Shown here: piece after piece, positions 12,115 through 23,883 of the stretch | Numbering within the stretch: position 1 is the stretch's first letter | Layout of the letters: each line of letters starts with the position of its first letter | Assembly: GCF_963921235.1 (NCBI RefSeq) | Contig: NC_086109.1 | Coordinates: forward strand, 36,210,001-36,274,000 | Direction: 5' to 3' | From: Mobula hypostoma | Lineage: Eukaryota | DNA length: 64,000 bases | Translations under genes and position numbers: made by a program | Notes under the pieces: model-generated | What the model was told of the DNA's origin: nothing | Seen by the model: only the letters and a program-made list of their open reading frames with translations | Databases searched by the model: none

Positions 12115-13342
12115 ACAGATACAATTTCAATGGCTCTATACACGGCTTTAGACCAGCTGCACAATACAAACACCAATGTCAGGATGCTACTCATCGACTA
12201 TAGCTCAGCAGTTAACACCATCATTTCCACAATCCTTATTGAGAAGATACAGAACCTGGACCTCTGTACCTCCCTCTGCAATTGGATCCTCGACTTCCTA
12301 ACCGGAAGAGCACAATCTGTGCAGATTAGTGATAATATCTCCTCCTTACTGATGATTAACACTGGTGCACCTCAGGGGTGTGTGTTTAGCCCATTGTTTT
12401 ACTCTCTATATACCAACGAATGTGTGGCTAGGCATAGCTCAAATACCATCTATAAATTTGCTGATGATACAATCCTTGTTGGTAGAATCTCAGATGGGGA
12501 CGAGAGTGTGAAGGAGTGAGATATGTCAACTAGTGAAGTGGTGTCGCAGCAACAACCTTGCACTCAACATCAGTAAGACGAAAGAGCAGATTGTGGACTT
12601 CAGGAAAGGTAAGATGAAGGAACACATACCAATCCTCATGGAGGGATCAGAAGTGGAGAGAGTGAGCAGCTTCAAGTTCCTGGGTGTGAAGATCTCTGAG
12701 AACCTAACCTGGTCCCAACATAACAATGTAGTTATAAAGAAGGCAAGGCAATATCTATACTTCATCAGGAGTTTGAAAAACACTCAAAAACTTCTATAGA
12801 TGTACCGTGGAGAGCATTCTGACAGGCTGCATCACTGTCTGGTATTGGGGGGAGGGGAAGGGGGCTACTGCACAGGACCGAAAGAAGCTGCAGAGGGTCG
12901 TAAATTTAGTCAGCTGTATCTTGGGTCTAGAAAGTACCCAGGACATCTTCAAGGAGCAGTGTATCAGAAAGGCAGCGTCCATTATTATGGACCCCCAGCA
13001 CCCAGGGCATGCCTTTATCTCACTGTTACCATCAGTTAGGAGGTACAGAAGCTTGAAGACACACACTCAGCGATTCAGGAACAGCTTCTTCCCCTCTGCC
13101 ATCCAATTCCTAAATGGGCATAGATCCCATGAACACTACCTCACTTTTTCAATATGTATTATTTCTGTTTTTGCATGATTTTTAATCTATTCATTATACA
13201 TATACTGTAATTGATTGATTTATTTGTTATTATTATTTTTATTCCTTTTCTTTTTCCATGTTACGTATTGCATAGAACTGCTGCTGCAAAGCTAACAAAT
13301 TTCATGACACATGCTGGTGATGATAAACCTGATTCTGATTCT
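12115..13342 (+). mobile_element. Rex1/Babar LINE, 5'-truncated, inserted in the Gypsy element
   Basis: ORFs [14 protein letters not shown]...[18 protein letters not shown]...KFADDT; WCRSNNLALNISKTKE; ESILTGCITVWY...RFRNSFFPSAI. Ends in ataaacctgattctgattct. Confidence 0.92.
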
Positions 13343-13568
13343 CTTTTAACTGCTCCTCATCTTCACGGATGGAAGTAGATCACACTGATCTCACGTTTCC
13401 CTGGTCCATGAGCACTTTCTTTGCTGGGTTTAGTGTAATGCCTGTTTTCTGCATCATTTTTGTGAACAGACATTCCGGGCTGGCTGAGATAACTGCCCCG
13501 GTGTTCATTTTAAATGTTATTAACTTATTTTGCAACTGAACCGTAGTACATTCAGCCTGTCTATTTGG
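13343..13568 (-). mobile_element. Gypsy aspartic protease remnant
   Basis: Reverse strand at ~13480-13550 reads TVQLQNKLITFKMNTGAVISA (DTGA motif decayed to NTGA), located between gag and RT as expected. Confidence 0.7.
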
Positions 13569-14281
13569 ATCTAGAACCCGGCTGGTCGTTGATGGAGTAA
13601 CAGCTTCTTGCAGTTGCTCCTATTTTATTTAGTTTACTGTTTCCAATCTGTTTTGTAACCTTACTTTTAAATGTGATATTGTTTTACTATGAATACAAGG
13701 GGTGCCAAAGGCATCCTGCTGCTCCTTTGGAATCTATTATGGATTTGCTTCGAAAACATGGAAAAGAATCTTCCGAGGAGCCCCAGTAGCAGAACCAGCA
13801 ACTCAGCTCTGAAATTAAACAAATAGATGCAAATTGGATTCTATTCAAAAAACCTTACCTGAATATAATAAATGAATAGAAGAGAATGAAGCAACTCTGA
13901 CGATCTTGGATGCGAAATTTGATGACCTGCAAAAGCTTTATGAAAAACAATCAAAATCTAATGGAAAATTAACACAGAAGATTATTGGTATAGAAAATAG
14001 AAACAGAAGAAATAACCTATGAATCCTGGGCCTTGTTAACGGAAGGTGATCAGCCTACGGAATTCTTTGCAAGCTTTTTGGCACAATCATTTCCTAAAAT
14101 TCTACCGTCTTTACCTATGATTGATCAAGCTCATAGATCGCCTGTGCCTAGATCAGCTCCAGGAGCAAGACCCAGATCAGTAATAATCTGTTTTCATGAA
14201 TTTCAAACAAAGGAACTTTTAATTTTTGAATCCCGTCGAAGAGGAATGATTGATTATATTGGCCAGAAGATTAGAATCATT

Positions 14282-16987
14282 TTAAAAACGTAAACACGAG
14301 GAAATCTGCAGATGCTAGAATTTCAACAAACACACATAAAAATTGCTGGTGAACGCAGCTGGCCAGGCAGCATTTATAGGAAGAGGTACAGTCGACGTTA
14401 CTGGCCGAGACCCTTCGTCAGCACTAACTGCAATAAGAGATAGTAAGAGATTTGAAAGTGGGAGGGGGAGGGGGAGATCCAAAATGATAGGAGAAGACAG
14501 GAGGGGGAGGGATGGAGCTAAGAGCTGGAAAGTTGATTTGGCAAAAGGGATATGACAGGATCATGGGACGGGAGGCCTAGGGAGAAAGGAAGGGGGATGG
14601 GGGAAAAAAAATAGAGGATGGGCAAGGGGTATAGTGAGAGGGACAGAGGGAGAAAAAGGAGAGAGAGAAAAGAAAATAATAATAATAAATAAATAACAGA
14701 TCGGATACAAAGGGGAGGTGGGGCATTAACGGAAGTTAGAGAAGTCAATGTTCATGCCATCAGGTTGGAGGCTACCCAGATGGAATATAAGGTGCTGCTC
14801 CTCCAACCTGAGTGTGGCTTCATCTTTACAGTAGAGGAGACCGTAGATAGACATATCAGAATGCAAATGGGACGTAGAATTAAAATGTGTAGCCATTGGG
14901 AGATGTTGCTTTCTCTGGCTGACAGAGCGTAGATGTTCAGCAAAGCGGTCTCCCAGTCTGCGTTGGGTCTCGCCAATATATAGAAGGCCACATCGGGAGC
15001 ACCAGACACAGTATATCACCCCAGCCAACTCACAGGTGAAGTGTCGCCTCACTTGGAAGGACTGTCTGGGGCCCCGAATGGTGGTGAGGAAGGAAGTGTA
15101 AGGGCATGTGTAGCACTTGTTCCGCTTACGAAGATAGGTGCCAGGAGGGAGATCAGTGGGAAGGGATGGGGAGGACAAATGGATAAGGGAGTCATGTAGG
15201 GAGCAATCCCTGCGGAAAGCAGAGAGAGGGGGGAAGGAAAGATGTGCTTAGTTGTGGGATCCCGTTGGAGGTGGCGGAAGTTACGGAGAATTATATGTTG
15301 GACCCGGAGGGTGGTGGGGTGGTAGGTGAAGACAAGGGGAACCTTATTCCTAGTGGGGTGGCGGGAGGATGGAGTGAGAGCAGATGTGCGTGAAATGGGA
15401 GAGATGCGTTTGAGAGCAGAGCTGATGGTGGAGGAAGGGAAGCCCCTTTATTTAAAAAAGGAGGACATTTCTTTCGTCCTGGATTGAAAAGCCTCATCCT
15501 GAGAGCAGATGCAGCAGAGACGGAGAAATTGCGAGAAGGGGATGGCATTTTTGCAAGAGACAGGGTGAGAAGAGGAATAGTCTAGATAACTCTGAGAGTC
15601 CGTAGGCTCATAGTAGACATCAGTAGATAAGCTGTCTCCAGAGATAGAGACAGAAAGATCAAGAAATGGGAGGGAGGTGTCGGAAACGGACCAGGTAAAC
15701 TTGAGGGCAAGGTGAAAGTTGAAGGCAAAGTTAATGAAGTCAATGAGCTCAGCATGCGTGCAGGAAGCAGCGCCAATGCAGTCGTCGATGTAGTGAAGGA
15801 AAAGTGGAGACAGATACCAGTATAGGCTTGGAAGATGGATTGTTCAATACCTTATATTCCATCTGGCGAGTCTCCAACCTGATGGTATGAACATTGACTT
15901 CTCTAACTTCCGTTAATGGAATGTTAATGGGCCACTTCGGTGATCATATCTGTTATCTGTCAAGTAGGGGACTGTGCAGAATTCTGATTTGATGGAGACA
16001 GATGTGAGAGCACGGAGGAACATCTGGAAAACTTCTGAAATGCCCGCTTTGCTGCCGCTGCTACTGTGTGGTAACCAGAGTCCCCGGAGCTGAAGGCCCC
16101 GAAATCCTTGGCTTTGCGTGTTTCAGCGTCGGGGAGAGGTCGAAGGCGCTCGGCAGAAGATGGCATTTGGGAGGCTGTATCGGAGAGGCTGGTCGGAAGC
16201 TCGAAGTTTTTGGATGGATGGACTCAGTGTCGGCTGTGGTCGGCTGCTTCCAAGGTATCAGCAAATTGACGGTGCCTGGAGGTTTATGGCAGGGAGCTTC
16301 GCCCTTTTGCCACCTGCTATCAGGGACTCGGGAGTCGATCGACTCGGGACTTTGAGACGTTTTTTTTACTGTGCCCATGGTCTGTTCTTCATCAAATTAT
16401 GGTATTGCTTTGCACTGCTGTAACTATATGTTACAATTATGTGGTTCGGTCAGTGCTAGTCTTTGGTCTATCCTGTTTTCTGTGATATCACTCCGGAGAA
16501 ACATTGTATAATTTCTTAATGCATGTATGCATTTCTAAATGACAATAAAAGAGGACTGAGTGTTCGCATAATCTAATCTAATCTACTATCCCACCTCCCC
16601 TTCGTACCTCATCCGTTATTTATTTATTTATTTATAATAATTTTTTTTTCTCTCTCTCTCTCCTTTTTCTCCCTCTATCCCTCTCAGTATACTCCTTGCC
16701 TATCATCTGGGCTTCCCCCCTCCCCTTTTCTTTCTCCCTAGGCCTATTGTCCCATGATCCTGTCATATTCCTTTTGCCAATTAACTTTCCAGCTCTTAGC
16801 TCCATCCCTCCCCTTCCTGTCTTCTCCTATCATTTCAGATCTCCCACTCCCCCTCTCACTTTCAAATCTCTTACTATCTCTTCTTTCAGTTAGTCCTGAC
16901 AAAGGGTCTCGGCCCAAAACGTTGACTGTACCTCTTCCTATAGATGCTGCCTGGCCTGCTGCGTTCATCAGGAATTTTTATTTAGAC
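14282..16987. mobile_element. Penelope-like element insertion: minus arm 14282-~15847 (RT C-terminus, GIY-YIG, terminal repeat) and a short inverted plus arm ~15848-16987
   Basis: ORF 14726..15178 GVIYCVWCSRCGLLYIGETQRRLGDRFAEH. Reverse strand at ~15780 encodes YIDD. Terminal repeats at both ends face outward. TSD TAGAATCATT at 14272-14281 and 16988-16997. L1 ORF1 reads through as KIRII|EDFS when the insert is removed. Confidence 0.92.
15925..16585 (+). mobile_element. Unclassified ~650-bp non-autonomous retroposon with (TAATC)n tail, copy 1
   Basis: Splits the PLE plus arm (...ctctaacttccgttaatg | ...cccacctcccc). Ends aatgacaataaaagaggactg...ataatctaatctaatcta. Homologous to 22840-23487. 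Confidence 0.8.
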
Positions 16988-19900
16988 TAGAATCATTGAG
17001 GATTTTTCACTCGAGGTCATGAATGAGTGTGTTAAGTTCAAAAAGGTTATGTTGGAACATTTTAACAAAGGTTTCTAGCCTTCTCTTCATTATCCTGCTT
17101 CTCTCAGAATTATATTAAGGGATGGCTCTAAGAAATGGCTCCATTCTATTGAAGAAGCTCAGGAATTCTTAGAATCAGAAGATTAACTGTTCAGTATTTT
17201 TCTACATGAATAATTGCTTCTTTTACTTTTGGTAAACATTTGTAGCTAACTCTCTTTTTGAACCTTTTAATGCTTTACTTAGAGAATAAGATTTTAATGA
17301 GTAAATACCTTGTGTGTTCATATGTTTTGAATTTTGATAGGCTTTTTATTATTTTATATTATACTTATTCCTCTTGAGGTTTTTTTTCTATCAATAAGGC
17401 TTAGTATGGGTATTTTTTATTTTATCATTTTGAAACTGTAATAATTAATCTATATGTGATCTTGTTACGAGGGTTAAGTTTTTTTTCTGTCTGTTGTTTT
17501 GTCTAGGTTGGAATGCAGCTAACCTTGAAATCAATTTGGAGCTCAACCTGTGGGTTTTTTTGGGGGGATGATGTTATTAGTTGTAGCCGTCGGCTATCTA
17601 TTGGTCGGCTTTCTGACATTGGGAGGAGGGAGGGGGGATGCTTTTTTTTCTGGAAGCTGGTTTGGACTCTTAGCCAAATCTGTTGCTTGGTTACCCTATC
17701 TCAAGTTTCATTGTTTGATTTTAATATACATTCCAGTGGTTATTATTTTAACCTTTCTTTTAAATAGTATTAAAAATGGATCAAACTATTAACTTACTTA
17801 GTCTTAACGTGAAAGAGTTCGATCTCCCTGTGAAATGGAATAAGATTTTTGCCTATATTAAGAAACTTAAGGTCCCAATTATTTTTTTACAAGAAACTCA
17901 CGTACGTAAATGTGACAATTTATGCCTTTTTAGCTGATGGAGAGGCTTCAATTTCCATTCCTCTTTTCAGACTAAGTACAGGGAAGTTTTGATCTTTATA
18001 GACAACACAGTTCCTTTTGTCCAACATAAAGTAGTGTCTGATACTAATGAGCGTTTTGTTATAGTGTCAGAAAAATTAGACAATAAATTAATAGTATTTG
18101 CTAATCTGTATGCCCCGAATATAGATGACCCAGGATTCTTTGACTGTTTATTTTCGTTTTTGCCAGATTTTAGTCTTTACTCATTAGTGATGGGAGGAGA
18201 CTTTAATTGCTGGTTAGATCCAGTTTTAGACCGGTCATCTCCTAAACCAGCGACACTTAATAAATCAGCTTTGTTTATTCAATCTTTCCTAATGAAATGT
18301 AGTATTGTTGATGTCTGGCATCTCTTATATGCAATACACAGGGAGTATTCGTTTTTCTCTCATGTCCATCATACGTATTCCAGGATTAATTATTTTTTAT
18401 TGATAGCCAAATGATTCCATTAGTTCGATCCTGTGAATATAAAGAGATTGTTGTCTCAGATCATGCGTCTGTGTTTTGATCTTTAAATCTCCCTGGTCTC
18501 CCTCAAATAAACAGATATTGGCATTTTAATCTAACTTTGCTATCTGATAAGAATTTCTTAAAGTTTCTGGAGAGACAATTTTTTTTTTGAAGAGGATATG
18601 CTGGAAGAGACTTCTAGTCTTATTACATGGGATGCCTTCAAGGCCTATATTAGAGGACAAATTATTTCTTATACTGCAAGTGTTAACAAAAAAGCTAATA
18701 AAGAAAGAATTGAATTAGCTAATCAGTTGAAACAGTAGACCAAAAATATCCCTTGGCTCCAGATCCTGCTTTATATAAAAGGTGTGTTGAAATTAAAACT
18801 AAATATGATCTTCTTTTAACATATACAATTGAAACTCAACTTCTAAAAGATAAAAGTCAATTTTATATTCATGGATACAAAACAAGGTAAATTATTGCCT
18901 AACCAATTAAAAACCTCTATAGCTAAATGGCAAATTAAAGAAATTTGTAAAGCTAATGGTGACAGGACAACTGACCATTTAGAAATAAATGATACCTTCA
19001 GAGAATTTTATTCTAAACTTTATATTTCTGACCCTCCTAAAGATAATACTGTAATGAATAATTTTTTAGACCGATTAAACATTCCTACACTTTCTGTTGA
19101 TAACCAAAAACAGTTGGATCAACCAATTTCTTATGAGGAAATTGCCGAGGCTGTACAGTCATTGTACTCAAGGAAGGCTCCGAGTCCTGATGGATTTTCC
19201 AGAGAATTTTATAAGGCTTTTTCCTCACTGATTATACCTCATTTATGTTTAATCTTTTCAGATTCCTTTAAGTTGTGTAGGTTGTCACAATCTTTTTATG
19301 AAGTTTCTGTTTCGCTTATCCTTAAAAAGAATAAGAACCCAACTGAATGCATTTCATATTGACCAATCTCCTTACTTAATGTTGATAGTAAAATCCTATC
19401 CAAAGTTCTGGCTCATAGGATTGAAAATATTTTACCATCTATCATTTCTGATGATCAGACTGGATTTGTTAAAAATCGATATTCCTACTTTAATGTTCAT
19501 CATTTATTAAATGTTATCTATTCTCCTTCTAAGGAGATAGCAGAATGCGTGATATCCTTAGATGCTTTTGATCGGGTTGAATGGAATTATTTAGTTAAAA
19601 CCTTAGAAAAATTTAATTTTGGGCCCGATTTCATTCAATGGATTAAATTACTTTACTTTTCTCCCTCTGCTTGGGTTCTTATTAATTTTCAGAATTCCAA
19701 ACCATTTAAATTTCAACGTGGAACCAGACAAGGCTATCCTTTGAGCCCTTTGCTCTTTGATCTGGCCTTAGAACCCTTAGCCATTGCTTTTCGAGAATCA
19801 AATGATATCACCGGTATTTTAAGGCGAAGTTTCGCTCTATGCTGATGACCTATTGCTTTTCATTTCTAATGTCGAGACTTTGTTACATCCTGCGCTTTCC

Positions 19901-21839
19901 TTACTCTCTTGTTTTAGCCAGTTTTCAGGATATAAACCGAATTTTTAGAGTGAAGAGTGAACTTTTTCCTTTGAATAATTTGTTATCAAGTAATACTAAC
20001 CTTCCTTTTACATTTGCAAGAAATCAATTTACCTATTTGGGTGTACCAATTACTAAAAATTATAAACACCTACTTAAAGAAAATTTTCTTACCCTACTGA
20101 ATTATGTAAAAAGGGTCAAATTGGTCGCCCCTCTCGTTATCGTTGATTGGCTGAATTGATTCTATTGAAATGAATATCTTACCTAAATTTATATACCTTT
20201 TTCAGGCCTTACCTGTTTTTATTCCTAAATCCTGTTTTGATTCTCTTGATTCTATTCTATCTTCTCATATATGGAAAAACAAACATTCTCGATTAAATAA
20301 AGTTCATCTTCAAAAAGCTAAAAAGAATGGAGGTTTAGCTTTAACAAATTTTAGCTTTTATTACTGGGCAGTCAATATACAAAATCTTACTTTTTGATCA
20401 TATTATATTAATCATGAGGACTGTCCGGTATGGGTTTCTTTAGAAGCTAACTCTGTTAATAAATTTTCTATCAGTTTTCTTCTTGGATCATCACTTCCTT
20501 TATCTTTAAGTAAACTAACTGACAATTTGGTAGTTAAATATACTTTAAGGATCCAGGTACAATTTAGAAAATACTTTGGTTTATTGAGATTTTCTCTTTC
20601 AAGTCCCATTTTTCTAATTTTTTTAAAACCTTCTATGACCGATCTAGTTTTTAAAGAATGTGATAGATTGGGTATTAAATGCTTCCAGGATTTGTTTGTT
20701 GGAGGAAGTATCTTTTAGTTTGAGCAATTGTCAGCTAAATATAGGTTACCAAAAACCCACTTTTTTCGATATCTACAAATTAGAGACTTTCTGCGATCTC
20801 AATTATATACATTTCCTAAAAGTTCTGATAAGAACTTACTAGATGTAAGTTCTAATTTGAAACCTTTTCATAATGGTTCAATATCTAATATTTATGGCAT
20901 GTTGCTGGGAATGAGAAATGCTTCTTTAGACAAAATTAAGAATCTCTGGGAACAAGATTTACAGACATCAATTTCTGAGGAAACTTGGAATGAAATTTTT
21001 AACTTGGTTAACACTTCATCGTTATGTGCCCGCCACTCCCTCCTACAATTTAAAGTGGTCCATAGGGCCCACATGACTAAGGATAAGCTATCTCATTTTT
21101 ATTCAGATATATCTCCCTATTTTGATAGATGTAACAATGGAGAAGCTTCACTAATTCATATGTTTTGGACATGTCCGAGTCTCGAAAAATGCTGGAAGGA
21201 AGTATTCCAAACTTTCTCTGTACTTTTCAAGTAAATTTTAAACCTAACCCTTTGACTGCCTTATTCGGTATTGTTGGAGGAAAAGATATTATTTTGGAGA
21301 CATCTGATCTGCACATTTTTGGCTTTTACTTCTCTTATAGCTAGGAGGGCGCTCTTGCTTAAATGGAAGGATGTCATACCGCCTACTCATGTTCAATGGT
21401 TACATGATGTTATGTCATGCTTAAATTTAAAAATTCGTTGTTCAATTTCTAAACCTAGCCAAGACTGTCAAGCATTGTGGGGACCATTTTTGAACTATTT
21501 TCAAAACCTTTGATTTGCGGTTAAAGTACAGACGTTGGCTAATAACATATTTCACTATATGATAAGGTGTTTTTTTCATTTTTTCTTTCTTTACCAAACA
21601 GCTTTGATCTTGGTAGTGGGCTTAGATTCTTCTTTTTGTATAATAAATTATCTTATTTCAACATTATGATTTAATTTAATTTACATGAATGTAGGGTAAT
21701 GACATCGCAATTGTGATTCAAATATAATGTATTTGGTATTATTTTATCTTTTTTGACATAATATATATCTTCTTGTACTCTGTATTCTTTATGTAGAAAT
21801 TAATAAAAATTTTGTAAAAGAGAAAAGTATCTAGAACCC

Positions 21840-22700
21840 CAAGTAAAGGTCTATTGTCATCTGAATCATGGTCTTCTTTATTTGAATTGTTTATGAGTGA
21901 CACTGTTTTTTATAATACCCAACTCTACTGGATTGATGGCATTTCATTTCTTTTGCTGCACAAAGCTCTTTGAAGTAGAGTGGAGACGCCACATCTCCGA
22001 CAGTTGGACGTCTCACCTGCTCATTGTTTTGCTTGCTTGTTTTGTTTGAGCTGAGCTCTACAGTCACCTCTTTCTGTAGTCTTTCTGACTGCACCTTTTT
22101 TGTAACCTTCTTTTTGTAGAGCTTCTAGCTTTACCTCAGCATTGTTTTCATGCCTGACATCTGCATGTCACTGACAAGCATTCTCACTCTGCCTGACCAT
22201 ATTAATAGCTTTCATTAGTGTGAACTTTGCCTGCAGCTGAAGTCTCTCTGACAATTTGGTGTTTAGTAGCCCAACAACAATCCTGTCTCCAATGAACTCA
22301 TTTCTCAGATTTCCATATATGCAGTTGTCTGACAGGGCATGCAATGCAGTGCTGAAATTATTTATACTTCCTCTGGTTCCTGTTTTCTGGAGTTGAACAT
22401 TGCCCTCTCATATATCACCTTTCAATTTCCTGTGAAATATTCTTTGAATTCGTCCTGCACTCTTTTGTATTCCTTTCTCTGAGCATCTGTCAGCCCTAAT
22501 CCACTCATGATGTTATCTGATTTGTTACCCATGCAATATATCAGTGTGCTTACTTGCCTCGCTTCTGAAGCCTAAATGAGATTCCTTCTAAACCTGAACT
22601 CTCAAAGTGTCAGAGCCATCTCTCAAGGTCCCCTGGTTTAGAGGAATCAAATGTTTCAGGAGGCTTTATAATGCAAATAGATGCAGTACTGCAGGTATTT
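21840..22700 (-). mobile_element. Gypsy gag remnant (continuation of the 10250-13568 element)
   Basis: Reverse strand encodes KPPETFD..., YERAMFNSRKQEP..., ALHALSDNCIYGNLRNEFIGDRIVVGLLNTKLSERLQLQ, and a decayed zinc knuckle (CHQSSRVGYYKKQC). Confidence 0.8.
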
Positions 22701-22839
22701 GCTTCATTTTCATCGTTATTTGTTAATTTATTATTTGATTTATTTGGACTACAAAAGTCTTCTTCTAAATTGCTGAGAGTTTGACTGACTGCTCTGCTGG
22801 GCCTGTGTCTCTGCGCACTACCCCAGGCTCGTGGCCCAC

Positions 22840-23487
22840 AGATTAGATTATAAGGACACGCAGTCCTCTTTTATTGTCATTTAGTAATGCATGCATTGAG
22901 AAATGATACAATGTTTTTCCAGAATGATATCACAGAATCACATGACAAACCGACTTAAACACTAACAAAAATCACATAATTATAACATATAGTTAAAACA
23001 GTGCAAAGCAATACCATAATTTGATAAGAACAGACCATGGCACGGTAAAAGTCTTAAAGTCTCTCGAAAGTCCCATCAGCTCACGCAGACGGTGAACCTC
23101 CAGCGCCGCCAACTTGCTGATGCAGCATACTGGAAACATCCGACAAGACTGTGGCTCTGAGTCCGTCGGAAAACTCCGAGCCTCTGACCAGCTCTCTGAC
23201 ACCGAGCACTGAGCACCATCTCTGCCGAGCACTTTAACTCCAGCCCCGGCAACAGGCAATACGCAAAGGCAAGGATTTGGGGCCTTCCCCTCCGGAGATT
23301 CTCGATTGCACAGTAGCAGCGGCAGTGAAGCAGGTATTTCAGAAGTTACTGCAGGTGTTCCTCTGTGCTTTTCATGGCTGTCTCCATCAAATCCTGATTG
23401 TGCACGGCCCCACTAGTTAACACATAGGATATTCATTCGGAACGGCCGCACACGCTGCATCACGTCGCCATCTTCTCCTCCCTCCCT
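22840..23487 (-). mobile_element. Unclassified non-autonomous retroposon with (TAATC)n tail, copy 2 (5' end apparently complete)
   Basis: agattagattataaggacacgcagtcctcttttattgtcatt is the reverse complement of 16540-16580. The 5' end on the minus strand is GGAGGAGAAGATGGCG. Confidence 0.8.
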
Positions 23488-23883
23488 TATAACAATGTAT
23501 CCACTTTTGGGTGTAGCTTAAAAGGGTTGCCCAGTAACCCTGGCCCTTCTCAGCTCATGCTTCATTGGTGCATACATTTAGCAAACTAGCGTAGGTAATT
23601 CAGGTTGATAAGTCTCTGAATATGTTTCACAGATATATGCGAACAAGAACAGTCTTACTGTAAATTCTTTCTTGTTAAGGATCTTGCTTGGTTCATAACA
23701 CCAATTTATTGATGATCAACCATTTCTAGCTCCGTGCCTTGTTTGTTATTGTGGGACAGTGCAGAGCACAACAGGACGCCAGCATGCAAGATTCTCACAG
23801 AACTTTATTGGTGACCTTACTTGTAGAGTATGTGGGAGTGAGTAAGTGAGTGACATAGGAACAGCTCTATTAATAACCACTAC

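Larger units (their letters stand above)
13580..21828 (+). mobile_element. Full-length but decayed L1-clade LINE (ORF1 ~13690-17150 split by a PLE; ORF2 ~17776-21513)
   Basis: ORF1 IDQAHRSPVPRSAPGARPRSVIICFH. APE motifs NLYAPN, MGGDFNCWLDPVLDRS, HHTYSRINYF. RT motifs KAPSPDGF, DAFDRVEW, RGTRQGYPLSPLLF, YADD. C-terminal RC..EASLIHMFWTCP. AATAAA at ~21802 with an A-rich tail. TSD ATCTAGAACCC at 13569-13579 and 21829-21839. Confidence 0.93.

Noticed and set aside
23490..23880. Searched for the 5' LTR and primer-binding site of the Gypsy element
   Set aside because: No clear TG...CA boundary, PBS or matching 3' LTR near 10200 could be found.
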